DNA of 64,000 bases from Eledone cirrhosa (lineage: Eukaryota): assembly GCA_964016885.1 (NCBI GenBank), contig OZ024748.1, positions 15,376,001 through 15,440,000 on the forward strand. The letters are read 5' to 3'. This document shows positions 1-14,278 of this stretch, piece after piece (positions within the stretch are counted from its first letter, which is position 1; every line of letters begins with the position of its first letter). The notes below the pieces were generated by a model. The model ran no database searches, was not told the DNA's origin, and was given only the letters and a program-made list of their open reading frames with translations. The position numbers were made by a program, and so were the translations under genes.

Positions 1-429
1 ACTGGGTAATTGATGGCCTTGTGCCAAAAGTAGAAACAATTATTACTCAACAATTCACATTATCATTATTTTTTTGGGTTTTAGTTTTAGTTTTAGTTAT
101 ATATTTTACAAAACTTTAATAGCATCCTGTAAAATGTGACTTAACAGTTTCATGAATATATCCCTTCTTTGCCCACATATTCCTGACAATTTTGTTGGGG
201 CAGAGTCCTCAAACACTCCTTCAAGCAGGTCCTGTCAGAAGCAACTATCTCTAACTGATCCAGACATGTTAGATCATGTAGTTCTAATGTAGTCATATGA
301 AAATTTGACAAAAACCTATCAGTCTAAAGGACGGTGGATTGGCAGTATCAGTAGAGCATCAACTAACATGCTTTGCAGCATTTAGTTACAGCCCTTTACA
401 TTCAAATCCTGCCAATGTTAGCTTTTCAT

Positions 430-625
430 GGTGTGAAGCAGCTGGGTGTACATGACTCCCCTACTGGACAGGATGCTAGTCCATCACAAAGTTAAACCCC
501 AGCTATTGCTGAGTATACTAGTCAAAGTGAAATGAAGTGTTTTGCTCAAGAACACAACACAACCCAGTCTAGGAATCAAACATTAAGGTCCTAAGTCCAA
601 CACCCTTACTACTAGGCCACACAGC
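430..625 (-). mobile_element. tRNA-derived SINE (decayed)
   Basis: Minus strand shows GTGTGGCCTAGTAGTAAGGGTGTTGG...GTTTGATTCC head and the TTCTTGAGCAAACACTTCATTTCAC core shared with 4120 and 54105. Confidence 0.7.
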
Positions 626-1034
626 TCCACATACAGTAATCTATTATCAACATTTCTAAGTTTTCGTGGTCACATCTTTAGTATGTGAAGCATTACTAAC
701 ATGTATAATTGCCTCATTTGTTGTAAGCAAACAGCATTTGTGCATGGACTTAATTGCTGGAATTATATATATATCACCATCATCATCCAGAAGTGGATGA
801 CTCTCTGTATCAATTGGCATTCATATCAGCACTATATCGAGTTCTAAGACAGTTACAAGTCATGTCTTGAGTAAGCAGAATACTCCAATCATTTAATGTC
901 TATTTTCCATAGATATGCAAATATATATATATATATATATATATGCATGTGTATGTGTGTGTGTGTATAGAAGTGCATGTGTTAGAAATGAAGAAATATA
1001 TTAATTTAAAGCTTGATATAGTAGAAAAAGAGTC

Positions 1035-1066
1035 AATGTTTCAGATACTAGTCCTTCATCAGAAGA
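1035..1066 (-). ncRNA. Degenerate minimal hammerhead ribozyme, family 1
   Basis: Minus strand reads UCUU-CUGAUGA-AGGAC UAGU AUCU-GAAA-CA-UU. Same family as 4557, 17657 and 32374, with similar flanks; helices I and II partly decayed. Confidence 0.55.
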
Positions 1067-1172
1067 TAGAATGAGAAATAAAAGATGAAACTGAAAGATA
1101 AAGAGTGAGAAGAGAAAGGAACACAAAGAAAAATTGAGAAAAAAATACACATACGTATTCAGTCAGCAAGTT

Positions 1173-1286
1173 TAAATAGTGAGTCTTGTTATTCTGGAGT
1201 TTAACTGGGACTTCAGACAAGTGTTCATACCTGATGACCCTGTGAGCAAGAAGGTGAAACTCCAGAGTAACAAGAATCACTATTTA
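1173..1286. mobile_element. Fold-back element with two divergent HHR-like motifs
   Basis: 30-bp inverted repeats at 1173-1202 and 1257-1286 (2 mismatches). Plus arm: CUGAUGA(1231)...GAAA-CUC CA GAG-UA-ACAAG. Minus arm (1185-1221): CUUGU-CUGAAGU...AAA-CUCCAGAA-UA-ACAAG with a perfect 5-bp helix I. Confidence 0.55.
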
Positions 1287-1868
1287 GCCAAATGAATATT
1301 TAACTTCTACTTCAGTTTTTGAGTACTCTTTTCTCTTGTCTGTCAACTACATACAGATACACACACACATAAATGAATTCATATATCGATATACAAAATA
1401 TGAACTTGCTGTATATTTATCTAGCTTAGGTGTAGATTATTAACAACAGAATGTTTTGTTTTATAGACTGCTAGCAATTATTTTGTATTTTAATTAAAAT
1501 ATCTGGTAATATGATATATTATATGCCTTAAAACAATACATATTTGTGAAAGCTTTCAAAAAAACACAATATTATTAAATCTGAAAGATCATTTTAATAA
1601 TAATTCTGTTTATTTAGTGTTTTTTACAAATCTTTATTTTCAAGCTACATATTATAGCATTTGAAGTATCTTTGAATTTGAGAGAAATGAAAAATTTAAT
1701 TTTGAAAAATCTTCATAACTATAATGAAAATAAACTTCAGCTGAAGAAAAAATATATACACATGTGCATGTGTGTGTGTGTGTGTGTACATATATATATA
1801 TATATATATATACACATACACACATAAATGTGTGTATGTATGTATATATATATATATAAACAAATATG

Positions 1869-1902
<34 letters not shown>

Positions 1903-3218
1903 CACACACATACACACATACATTTGTATATACATACCTATATATATATATATATATATATATAGGCATATATACACATATACACATATGTGTATATTCA
2001 CATATACACATACACATAATATATATACACTTATATTATATTTTATATATATATAATATTATATTATATATATATATACACACACACATTTCTGGTTAGC
2101 TACGATATCAGTAATGTTGATATTCTCTTCTATAAAAGAGAAGAACTATTTGTTACCTTTCCAATTTGGAAACCATTTCATCTGCAATTAAATAGCATTC
2201 ATCTATTTATGTTTTTCTTAATTTTTTTGTTTTGGATTTTTAATATCAATTCATAAACTCGTATTTATTTGGTTATGCCTTGCTTGTTTTCTTAAGAAGT
2301 CTATTTTCCTGCAGCATTTCAGCGCCATAGATATTTTAATGCTGCAAAGATTCTTTATGATATTTTGAAATTCTATGAATTAGAAGAATATAACTTCTAT
2401 TACTTTATATTATATTCCTTATGTAATAATACTAATTCCTCCTTTTATAGAATTTCTGAGGTACTTTTTGATTTTCAGTTAATATACTTTTCATATTTTC
2501 TGATATTAGATAACAGTTTCACAGAAAATCTTATTCTCTTGACTATATTTAGAATAAAACTGCAATAGAAAACTATGATGACTGGAAAGTTTATAAAAAT
2601 CACATTTTGTATTATCTAAGAAGGAATATATAATTTTCAGTCAAATGTTACTCTCAATAAATGTTTTCATTTATCATGCATACAACCAATGTTCACAGTT
2701 ATAGATGAGGTTAACCATTTCCATAACAAACCAGGCTGAAACTGGCCATAGTTCTGCGATACAATGCTGTTTATATTGCAATGAAGGAATGATCCATATT
2801 GACAAGATCCCAGGTCTCATTCACTTACTAAGTGGGGTGGAACTTGTCAGATCAGAAATGTTTCCATTGGTCTTTCCAATTGTTAATACAATCTACCTGT
2901 CGCCACTCATGGTAGAAGAACATAATGTATCACCTGGCCTGGGAATCAGACTCACAACCTCACTCACGATTGTGAATCCAACTCTCTAACCACTAAGCTA
3001 TGCACCTGTTTATATTAAAGTGCTTACATTTAATCTAAAAAGTTTCCATCAGAATTTTATGTAAGAACTTTTCAAGTGATGCTCCAAACACTAATTTAGC
3101 AATAAGAAAGTTAGTTTGATTACTAATTCTATGGTATCTCCCTGAGGTCTGCGCCATAGTTGGATGTTTAGAGGACCTTAGTATTGCTTGGTCTTTGTCT
3201 TCTCCTTTCCTCATTTAA

Positions 3219-3434
3219 CCCTTAAGTATTTAAACTGGCCATATCCGGCCAGATTTCCTCACCTCTTTCTATTCAAACTGGCTGTAACCGGCCACTCATA
3301 CTCATGTTAAGGTATTGCTCTCAAAATAAATATCAAAATCTCATAGGTTCGATATTAAGTGAGATATTATGTGAGATAAAGCTTTTACCATGAATATTCA
3401 ATCGTACATATAGAGTAATGAAAATGCTAAAGGG
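3219..3434. mobile_element. piggyBac-like MITE
   Basis: TTAA|CCCTTAAGTATT ... AATGCTAAAGGG|TTAA: imperfect TIRs with TTAA on both sides. Related TTAA-CCC ends near 10501-10723, 12570, 13578-13861 and 46444-46742. Confidence 0.7.
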
Positions 3435-4119
3435 TTAAGTGAAAAATAAAATATAAAAATAAATTTGTAAAATCCTTATAAAATTTAGCTGATAATTTGA
3501 ACTAAACTGATATATGATATAGCTATAAGGCTTCATCTAATAGTGGACAAAAAACGTCCACTTCATGTTTCTAATACCAACAAGAGTAAGAGACTTCTTG
3601 AAAAGACAAAAAGGCCATGTTGTGATGTTCATTCTTTCCAGAGATCATTATATTGTAACTGGGAAGGCAAATGGCTCAATGATTAGGGACATTCAGTAAA
3701 GATTACTGGTTGTGTGTTGTGTCCATGAGTAAGATACTTAAATTTCTTATTGCTTTAATCCATTTTTAGAGTTGTACCAGTAATTGAAAGATCTTGCCTT
3801 GTAACACACTGTTCCATGCTGAATTTTCCCAAGAATTACAATAAAGTTACATGAGTCTACATGTTAATATCAAGAAAAGGCTCTTCTGTTGATCTATTGA
3901 CTGAATCACTTGTTGGAACTGATAGATATTTGACACACAAAAACACATACTGAAACTAACAATACTTTTCTTATGAAGATGTGCAATGTTTTATACAATT
4001 AAAATAGGGACTGTGAACTGGGGTCTTTTGGGGAAGTGAGAAAGGGGTTAATACATAGAAATATGTGCATTAGCAGGGAAAACAGACGTTAAATAATGAT
4101 GATTGATATATATATATAA

Positions 4120-4455
4120 TGGAGGCACATGGCTTAGTGGTTAGAGCATTGGCCTTGCAATCGAAAGGTTGTGAGTTCAATTCTCAGACCGGGTGATGTG
4201 TTGTTTCCTTGAGCAAGACACTTTATTTCACATTGCTCCAGTTTACTCAGCTGTAGAAATGAGATGATAGGGACTGGGGTCCATATCATTCCACTGCAAA
4301 GTGGTCGTGGAGGTGCCACGGCAAAAAAGCACCCAGCATTCACTGTAAATGAGGTTGGTGTTAGGAAGGGCATCCAGCTGTAGAAATCAAGCCAGAATCA
4401 GTTCCTGTCCCACCCTTGCAAGCAGGGAAAAGTGGGCATAAAATGATGATGATGA
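4120..4455 (+). mobile_element. tRNA-derived SINE with RTE-like 3' tail
   Basis: A box TGGCTTAGTGG, B box GTTCAATTC, CCTTGAGCAAGACACTT core, GTTAGGAAGGGCATCCAGC segment, (GAT)n tail. Confidence 0.85.
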
Positions 4456-4556
4456 TATACATATATATATATATGTAAAATATAAACAGAAATAACAAAG
4501 CAAGCAACAAATTCAATGAAGAAACATATTAGTATAACACTTGAAATAGTAAGCAG

Positions 4557-4592
4557 TCTTAACGTTTCAGACACTAGTCCTTCATCAGAAGA
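4557..4592 (-). ncRNA. Minimal type I hammerhead ribozyme, family 1, in a ~220-bp element (4476-4695) between TA tracts
   Basis: UCUU-CUGAUGA-A-GGAC UAGU GUCU-GAAA-CG-UU-AAGA: helix I UCUU/AAGA, helix II GGAC/GUCU, palindromic AACGUU, GUU triplet. Confidence 0.75.
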
Positions 4593-5436
4593 AAGAACCT
4601 ATGTAGAAAGATAGAGAGTAAGAACAGGAAGGAACAGAAAAAGAAAAATTGATTAAAAAAATAAATCACACATACATATTTAGTTAGCCATTTTGATATA
4701 TATATATGTGTGTGTGTTAAAATACTGAAGTATTTTTTATTATACTGTAGCTCCTTATTGTCATTTTCTTTTTTTTAATGGAAAGTTTGATCGAGGCTAT
4801 AGGCCCTCTGGCTACTTAATCCTTGTACATACAATGAGTTTTCATTTTTGACGACCTTACTAATAATAAATCTTAATTAAATAAGATAATTATAATCACA
4901 AGACACATCAGTAAAGTAATAACTGTAATTAGGACTCCTCGTTAAATTAATAACGACACTTACTGTAATTATTGATTTATGATGTGATACTATGATGATA
5001 ATAATAATAAAAAAATAAATAAAATGACATAATTATGACTATTAGAAATGTGATATAGTCGTTTATATCCCACTGGATGTTTCATCTAAAAGTACAACAA
5101 CATTGAAGTAGACATGAACTGAGAACAAAAATATTGGTATCAGAGGAAGCATGCATGTATGTATGTTGTGGTTATTACAGCACAAATGAGCTGAGAGAAA
5201 ACAGACTTGGTAGGAAAGAAATCAGATGTAATGTGAAAGAGGGAAGTCTGAACTGGTAAGAACATGTGATGTGTATGGAGGATGGTAGTTGTGTGTAGGA
5301 ATGCCGAATAATCGAATGAGGAGTTGTCTAGAGAAGAGGAAGACATAGGAAAATGTTGTAAGAAGTGTTGTGAACAAACCTCAGGATGCTGTATTTGAAA
5401 ACACCCATCCAACCCATGCAAGCATGGAAAGACAGA

Positions 5437-5690
5437 CTGATGATGAAGGGGGGTCATGATGATGATGATGATGATGAAGACAGTGATGATGATGAAGATA
5501 GTGATGATGATGATGAAGACACTGATGATCATGATGACAGTGATGAGGATGATGATTATGATGATTATGGTCATGACAAAAATGATAACGATGATGATGA
5601 AAGTGATTATGATGATGATCATTATGATGATAATAGTCATAACAATGATGATGATGATGGTAATAGTCATAATAATGATGATGATGATTG
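5437..5690. repeat. Degenerate (GAT)n microsatellite at a SINE tail
   Basis: Follows CATGCAAGCATGGAAAG..., the common SINE/RTE 3' end; source of the spurious poly-D/M/I ORFs. Confidence 0.9.
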
Positions 5691-6130
5691 TAAAGTTTAC
5701 ATTAGTTTAGACACTCCAGATATCTTAGGTTTAGTTTTCATACTGTTTTTTCCATACATTCTGTATTTTTTTCATAGTTACTTCTTATATCTTTTTTTAA
5801 ATTACACATTATTGTAATTGTTTTTTTGTACCTTTGCCCACATTTGCTTGTATTATTCATGTGAGATTATATAACACTATATTACTAGTGATAGCACTTA
5901 ATCATTTTACTTTAAAATGCTTCTGTATAAATAAACACATAACAGGAATAAACAAAGAATTTAAAATATTTTAGCTCTCAACTGTTATATGAAGAACGAA
6001 AGCAGAGTGAAAATAAAACAATATGTTAGTTTTAGAGGCATTATCTAAAACTCTGCTCTGCTATTTACATTAAATGTAAGCCAAATGATTATCTATCTGT
6101 GTATGTACTATAATATGGTTTTACTCTTAC

Positions 6131-6200
6131 TTTTAGCCTCGGGGTGTTCTTGGTGTATAAAGATACCGATCCCAAACAATAGCATTAAACAAACCTTCAT
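6131..6200 (-). CDS. Candidate first coding exon encoding a signal-peptide-like N-terminus (MKVCLMLLFGIGIFIHQEHPEAK)
   Basis: ATG at 6200, basic residue then hydrophobic core, 70 nt ending at a phase-1 A|GTAAGA donor. Lies in non-repetitive, locally CpG-richer sequence with an in-frame stop just upstream. No homolog recognised. Confidence 0.45.
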
Positions 6201-6521
6201 AATATGGCATCGTTACAGAATACCGAGGGCGAAATTCTGCAGATAGTCTATTGTCATTCGATTGGTCCATTTTGGCAGCAAAATATGTCTTTCACTGAAG
6301 AAAGGACAGTGTTTACTATGCCATTTTTCTTTGCTGCTGCTATCTGCCAGAAGCAGTATCCATGTTAAAAACAATGTTAATAATAATAATAATCATAAAT
6401 ATATATTGATGATGATAACAGAGTTAGTTCTCTAATTGTTATCGAACTGAAATACATCTGGACAGAGGCCAATATTAGAATACCATTGCAATTGCTGGAG
6501 GAAAATACTATTTCATCATCA

Positions 6522-6581
<60 letters not shown>

Positions 6582-9500
6582 ATTTATATATATACGTACA
6601 CACACACACGTGTGTGTGTTTGAATATTTGAATAGATCTTGTTAAGAAAAACAAATTATTAACATCATTTTTACTTACACTTTCCTATGTTTCTATGCTG
6701 GTATGGTTTGAACAAAAATGTTGATGCAATGTTTTATGGTAAAATGTTTTTCCTGAAGCCAAACATTTTAGTCATTTTTATGACACAGAGATGTCGTGCA
6801 CATATTCTAAAAACTGAAACTCACACACATAATTTTAATTTTAGATGTTTTATAGAAATATTTTTATTATGGATATAAGATAACTTATATTCAAAACAAA
6901 TGTACTTTTATTAAACACAAAAATAACATGGTTCTATGATGTAAAATTGTTTGTTTTAATGTGCTTATATATTAAAAAAGGAACCGTCCCACAGGTTCTT
7001 TTATTTGTTCCAAACACAAGTTCCAAATGCAAGCTTAATAATGAGGAAATTGATTATATTACTAAAAATCTCTCCAAATTCTTGATTATTTACAAAAATG
7101 ATTTGAAACATAGTAGTCAGTGTCTTACATTAGAAATATGATAACAAAAGGATTAAAGTATTTGTAACTATGTAAAGATTTTCCCCTCGTACATAAGACA
7201 CAGATCCTTGGCCTACTTGGGAGATCAGTGGCTTTGGTTCAATACTGACTTGGTCTGTATGGACACATCCAACCCTTGCTACCAGGGAAAGTAGACGTTA
7301 AAATGATAATGGTGATAAATAATTATGCAAGAACCTTTCCTAAATAATATTCCAGCTTAATAATGAGAAAGTTAGTTATATTACTAAACCCCCCCCCCAA
7401 CAACAACAACAACAACACACGAATTCTTGATTATTTTGAAAATAATTTGGGAAATATAGACAATGTCTTCCATTAGAAATATAATAACAAAAGGTTTATA
7501 GCATGTGTAAGTTTGGATCCAACATTTATGAATCTGTTGTCTTGCTAAATCAATGAAATTAATAATAATATGCCAAGAACTTAAAGAACACAAATGAGAA
7601 CAAGAAAAATATATAAAGCTAATCTACCATTTATAGAATAAATGCCAGTTGAATGATGTCTGATAATAACAAAAATATATTGGAATAATATTGGTTCTCA
7701 TTTACAGTCATTTCTTTTTTAATGACGTAATCCTCGACATTTTAAAGTAGCTCGGAAAAATATAAAAGAAAGAGAAATGTTCATTCACACAATACGAGGT
7801 GGAATTATGGGAATTTTGCGATAATACTGTAGTAAATAATTTTCAGATAAACAATTCATTCGAAAATTATTAGAAATTTTACAAGCTTGTCTTTTTTTAT
7901 TTTTATACTCATCGGAGAATTTAAATAAAATGTATAATAAGATATACTTCTATACCACTCACATACACACACGTTTGTAGTGTGTGTGGTGGTAAGTTTT
8001 CCATAAAGGCATGGGTTTGATAGGTTCTTACAGTCTGATGTTTGCATGGTTTCTATGGCTGGATGCTCTTCCTAAGGTCAACAACATTACAGTTTTTTCT
8101 AGATGTATTTCCATGTGACACCAGCAACAGCAGCACTACCACTTTACCAAGTGGACTAGATGCATTTTATCATTGCACCAGTGCTACCCCCCATACGCAT
8201 AAACACACATTTTCCATCATCAACATCATCATTATAATCATCAGTGTCATGTCTGCTTTTTCACACTGGTAGGAGTTAGATGAGACAATTTTAAGACCAC
8301 ATTCTACATCCAGATACTTGTCCTGATGCCAATCCATGCTTTTGTTTGTTTTTTTAAACTACAGTAGTAATTCTATTGATATTCATATGACAAACATAAA
8401 CAAATCTCACCATTTGCTTAAACAGTGTCAAAGTGAGAATATAAGCAGACACACATACACATATATAAGGAAAGGAGCCTATCAAGAGATTGTATGAAGG
8501 AAATTAAAAATATCCATTGGTCTTTCCATTAGTGATACTCTCTGTTGACCACAAATCCTGCCTGACACTATGAAGCAGGATTTGAACTCAGATCATGCAG
8601 AGCCAGATCAGATACCAAAAAACATTCTATCCAAAAAGGATAAAAGACAAAGTTGAATTCAAGAGGATTTGAACTTAGAGTGTAATGAGCCAGAATAAAT
8701 AGCAAGGTATTTAATCTGATGCTTTAATCACTCTGCCATTTCACCATGGCTACTCAACTCACAAGGCACTAATCAATTGATCAGCCTGAGGGTATAGTAG
8801 AAGAAACTTGCCTAAAGCTTTAGACACTGATATCAAACATGAAACTATGTGGTTGTGAAGCAAACCTCTTAACCACAGAGCCATGCTTGCCTGCAACTAT
8901 AATTAAGCATCATCAATATATCATTACATTTAAATCCTAGGAGAATAATAAATGCATATAAACTATGACTAGTTAACTCTAAAAATGTTTCCAAAAATGT
9001 TTACTTCAAACAAATTTTATAATTATTGCTTTTTCTCTATTCAGCTATTTTAATTGAAATTCATGAAAATTGGGAGGAAAAAACAAGAAAACTTCTATTA
9101 ATGTTAGGCTGCATTTAGTACCAAACTAATCTATTTTACTGAGTTAATGCTATATAACACTATAAATGTCGATCACGCAAAGAATAACTCACTGAAATAG
9201 TGCTAATACTCAATCATATTACATAACTGTCCATCAGAAAATATTATCAATGTTAGTGATTCTATTATGGGATCCTTTCTTTTTTGCTTTTCTTCTACAA
9301 TCAGAAAATCTAAAACTATATATATATATATATGCTTGTGTGGAAGATAGACGTTAAACGATGATGATGATTATATATATATATTAAAATCATAGTTATT
9401 TTGGGGAAGAAATATAGTTTTTTTACTTATGTAGATGTAAAACCACTCTACACATTTTCCTTTATTATTTTTTCACAATTTGGTATGGTATTGGTTTTCG

Positions 9501-9723
9501 AAAAGTCAAGCAAAAAGCTATAACTTCTTTTATAGCAAATATATCCTAACTTAGTAAATAAAATGTCATTTATTGCGCTAATGAGAAAACCTATATGTGG
9601 TTGCTCGACCCACAGGAAATAGCAACTAAATCTCTTTAAATTCACTCTTAGAATCTTGTCATGATTTTGCAGAAAATATCTAAAAATGGTTTGGTTAATT
9701 ACAATGTTAATAGTATCTTTATC

Positions 9724-9976
9724 TGTGGACAGATCATTGTGAAACTTTGCAGTATCAAACTAAAGACATCAATGTTTAATGTGATGTAGTCATTGTTCTA
9801 GTTTATACTTTTCAAGAATGTCTTGCTGATGAGGTTTTTTAATTCAAATATTTTTAGTATAATTACTTGTGGGCAGATTGTTGTAAAAATTTGCAGTATT
9901 AAAGACGCTATTGTTTAATGTGATGCAATCATACTGCTGTTTTGTACTTTTTAAGGATGTTTTGCTAATGTGGTTT
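9724..9976. repeat. Old ~145-bp tandem duplication
   Basis: TGTGGrCAGAT..TTGT.AAA.TTTGCAGTAT...AAAGAC...TGTTTAATGTGATG...TTGCT.ATG.GGTTT occurs at 9724 and 9868. Confidence 0.75.
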
Positions 9977-11934
9977 CAGCTGGTTTGTTAATTCACATGT
10001 TTATAGTAGCTTGACTGGTTGTCGCACATCATATTTCTGCTTTTGTTTTTTAGCCATCATGGCCATACTGGAACACCACTTTCGCATATGACATATAACT
10101 GCAGTTGAATTAAATAAGTCTATATCTTTTCCAGATGAGATATTTGTCTTCTATTTCTAGTAGACAGTGACTCAATAGAGGCTCTATCTCTCATTGGCTT
10201 ATTTTGTAATGTGAGATAGTAATGCTCAAATGAAAACTCTAAATAACTGATCTCTCTCTTTCTCTCTCTCTCTCTCATCAGAGGAAAGTTTAGAACTGCA
10301 CAGATAATTGAGGCAGTCACCCTGACCGAGTGTTTGATATTCTCCGAGTCTGAAAAGTATTTATAATGGTCATTTGTAACATTCTAGGGTGGTTTATGTC
10401 TTTTGGCATTCATTTACCATGTAAGCAGATGTAGTATTTAACACAAAATATAAACTTAACACACAAAATTAGATTTAGAACTGCGCAAAATTACATATAA
10501 CCCTTTCATGACTGCATTTCTAATGAAATACACAGTTTCAATTAATTAATGAAAAATGTTGTGGGATTTATTAAAATTATTTCATCACTAAGATAACAAC
10601 TTCATGAAAGGTTCATATATAAAATTATATTTGAAGATTTTAATATAAATTGGAAACCTTTAAAATGGGTGACTTTATTTCATAAAACCAAGGCCAGTTT
10701 TGGCTGGATTGGTAACAAAAATGTTAAAACTACACAAGCAGGGCTCAACTGCATGTTAAAATAATCGCTGGCTATTTATTTCAAGGAGCCAGCCAAACAG
10801 CAAAGTTGAATTTGGTGAGGTTTGAACTCAGAAATATGAAGTACTAAGACTAACATACTATCAGTATAGAATACATATATGCTGTTGACTCTTTCCTATA
10901 AAAAAAAGTGATATTTTTCTTTAAAATAATTTTTTTATTTAATAGACAAACTGCATGAGGTTTCCTTTTCTTTTTTTTTTTCAATTTTTTTATATTTTAA
11001 TTACCTTAATTAGCTTTTTTTAAAAAATAATATTAACAGCCATTGACAAGGTAAATATAGTAAAGTAGATATCATTATAGTTTCTTTTGTCCTTTCCTTT
11101 AATTAGTTTTTCTTTAAAACTGACATGGATTTTAAACCATTCCTAGGACTTCTCATTTATATTTATTAATTACATACAAGCCACAATATGGTTTCTGCAT
11201 TCAACGTTTCATAAACAACTTTTGATGTAGAAAAAAGTAACTATCTATTTTAAAATTTTATGAATAATGATGCTTTCAAACATCTCCTAGAATGAAAATT
11301 TATATATTTATCAAGATCAGTGTATTTAAAGCAAAGTCGAAAATAAAAATTATAATTTATTTATATTTTCTCTTAAGATTTGAGATCAGCTCCAAAACAA
11401 GAATATAACAAAATGATTTTTAACTAGTTAAGAGGGAATAACAAAAACTGTTTCATAAATCATTTTTAATATTATGTAGTTCAAGAAAACAATTTCTAAA
11501 TGTTATCAACAGAATTTCTACAATGAAACAACAGATTTTCTTTTAACAATACAAATGTTTTTTAAGAAACAGATGCCAGTAAAATTAATATTCTGAACAG
11601 TAGCAAACATCTAGCACATACGCCAAATGCAAAATTAATCCATTATCATTTTCGAGAATCTTAACTCTATAGCATGATTGTAACATTTCAAATGTTATTT
11701 TATTTTTGAACCAAAACTAACTTACAAGAAAGAAGACAGCAAATAGGATTAATATAATATTTGTTCTAACAAAAGACAGTTATCTTCATTTTATGTCTAA
11801 TTTTCATGGTGGAAAGGGTAGGATGGATTGTCACAGTTCAAGACGAGACAGATTAGAGACTACATCATGTTCTCATGCATTGCATACTTAGCATGATTTC
11901 TATGGCTGGATGCTCCTACAAACACTAACTTCTT

Positions 11935-12118
11935 TACAGAGTGTACAGGGTGCATTTTATCGTTGTACCAGTATACCAATTTGCAGAATGTACTAGGTAC
12001 ATTTTATCCTGGCACCAATACTACCACTTTATGGAATGTACTAGGTGCATTTTATCAGGGTACCAGCACTACCACTTTTCAGAGTGTACTAGGTGCATTT
12101 TATCATGGCACCAGCATT
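11935..12118. repeat. 48-bp minisatellite (~4 units) amplified from a SINE segment
   Basis: Unit ~AGTGTACTAGGTGCATTTTATCATGGCACCAGCACTACCACTTTTCAG; preceded by the SINE motif TTTCTATGGCTGGATGC. Confidence 0.8.
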
Positions 12119-14234
12119 ACAGAGATTGTCATATGCTTGGCCAGGATGAAGACCTCTCTACCCTATATGTTAGATGTGAAAAATAACTACTGATATGTTT
12201 GTGTTTAATTTACTGGTCCAGGAATCAAATCCACTACTTTATTGTCACGAGTCCAACACCCTAACCATTAAGTCACTCACCTTCATGTGTTTCTTAATAT
12301 AGATAAACTGACGATCTTTCACAGTAGTTTTCTTCATTACACTTCGACTGCTTGCATTATAATTCTTGGAAGAAGAGGAAAGGTGATTATATCAACCCCA
12401 ATATTTTACTGGTACTTTATTTTATTGACCCCAGAAGGATGAAAGGGAAAGTTGATTTTATTGAGGTAAGACTCAGAATGTAATGAGCTGCAATAAATAC
12501 ATACCACCAAGTTTTTTGTCTGATACTCTAATGATCCTGCTAATCCACCACCCCTGTTCAAATTTTAACCCTTTCGATACCAACCTGACCAAAACCAGCT
12601 CTGGTATTATGAAACTAAATTTCATAGGTTTCCTATTTAATCAAAATATTCCAATATAATTTGAATAAGAACCATATTTTAGGTTACTATCGTAGTAACA
12701 AATTTATAGTTTTAGTAAATCACTAAAAAATCTTTATTAATTAAATGAAATAGAGTGTAATTCATTTGAAACACAATCATGCAATGGTTAATAATGAAAT
12801 GGCTAAATATCTCTCTTTCAATTTCCACTATGTGAAATATGAAGACCATTTCACAGATTTCAAAAGACGATTTCCCTAAACTTCTATTTTCATTGTGACA
12901 TCTAGCAAAGATTTTGGCACCAAATAAAACAACATACACAGCTAAAAATTTCTGAGCTAGTTATTTGGTTTTGATCCAAAGAACTGATAAAGTCAGCTTA
13001 TCATCTCGTCTGCCACAGATATCTTATCTCAAGATAAACCTTCATGTCTTTTATTGAAAAGCTTCTCTTCTCACTTTTAATTGGCAATCAAAAAATATAT
13101 AAATATACAAACCAAAAGAAAATAAAAGAGAAAAAATTCTAACACATTGCTTTCGTTTGGTATTCAGGGATACCAAATATGATGCTGCTGATAAGAACTA
13201 CAAAAATCCATACCAAACCAAGACATAGAGAATAAAGCAAGGAATGACATGTATGTTGAACTCAACTCTATACATTTCATGAAAGACACTGCCTATGATT
13301 TCGAAAATAATCAAGAATTTGGAGGGATTTAATAATATAATTAACTTTCTCATTATTAAACTGACGTTTGGAGCATGTCTTAACAAATGGAAGGTTTTTA
13401 GATACATATAAGCATTTTAAAACAAACATAAATGGTTTCAAATGTTTTGGTACTAAAAGCATTAATTTAGAAAGGATATACAGCAAAACTGACTTCAGTG
13501 GGGTTAAAACTCAGAAATATGGAATACCCACACCAAAATTTTTAAAAATCAACACTATCTGATCCCCTTTCTTTTAACTCTTTTGTTACCTTATTTCTAA
13601 GGAAAGACATTGCCTATGAGATAAATATTCATTTTAACCCATTTGATAACATATTTCTGATGAAAATTTGAGGGATTTAGTAATATAACTAGGTTTTTTC
13701 ATTATAAAGCTAGTCTAATGTTTAAAATTTAACATAACAAACGATCTTACATAAAATACTGATGGAAGGTTTTTAGATAAAGATAAACACTTTAAAATAA
13801 ACAGTTTTGTACCATAGAACCAGGGGAGGAACATTTTTAAGATGGGTTGGCACTGAAAGGAGTTAAGTATGAGTTGTTATCAAGATAAGTAAACCAACAG
13901 CATTATCACATAAATTATGGGCAACGGGGAATACATGATATAACACTTTCACACAGAGTCTTCTATCTTATATTTAAGTGTGGCCACCCACTGATATCTT
14001 CCTGTCTAGCTGTTAAAACATATCTATTATCAAGTGAAAGGTTATTAAAGCTATGTTTCTATATTGTTTCAAGTATCCTCATTACAGCCTAATAGCACCA
14101 ATTACTTCATGTTAACAGTCAAGTATCTTACCGAAGGCCAAAAACTGATTTGCAAGGTCAGACTTCGTTTAATTATCTATTGGAAGATAGATGTAGATAG
14201 ATAAATAGGGAGAGATAAATAGTGAAAAATAGAG

Positions 14235-14278
<44 letters not shown>

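Noticed and set aside
4120-4195. Possible tRNA gene
   Set aside because: No proper acceptor stem or poly-T terminator; continues into SINE body.
6480-6525. CUGAUGA...GCAA-UUGCAA-UG on the minus strand; similar motif at 42228-42285
   Set aside because: GCAA replaces GAAA and helix I is poor; cannot be called an HHR without a family alignment.
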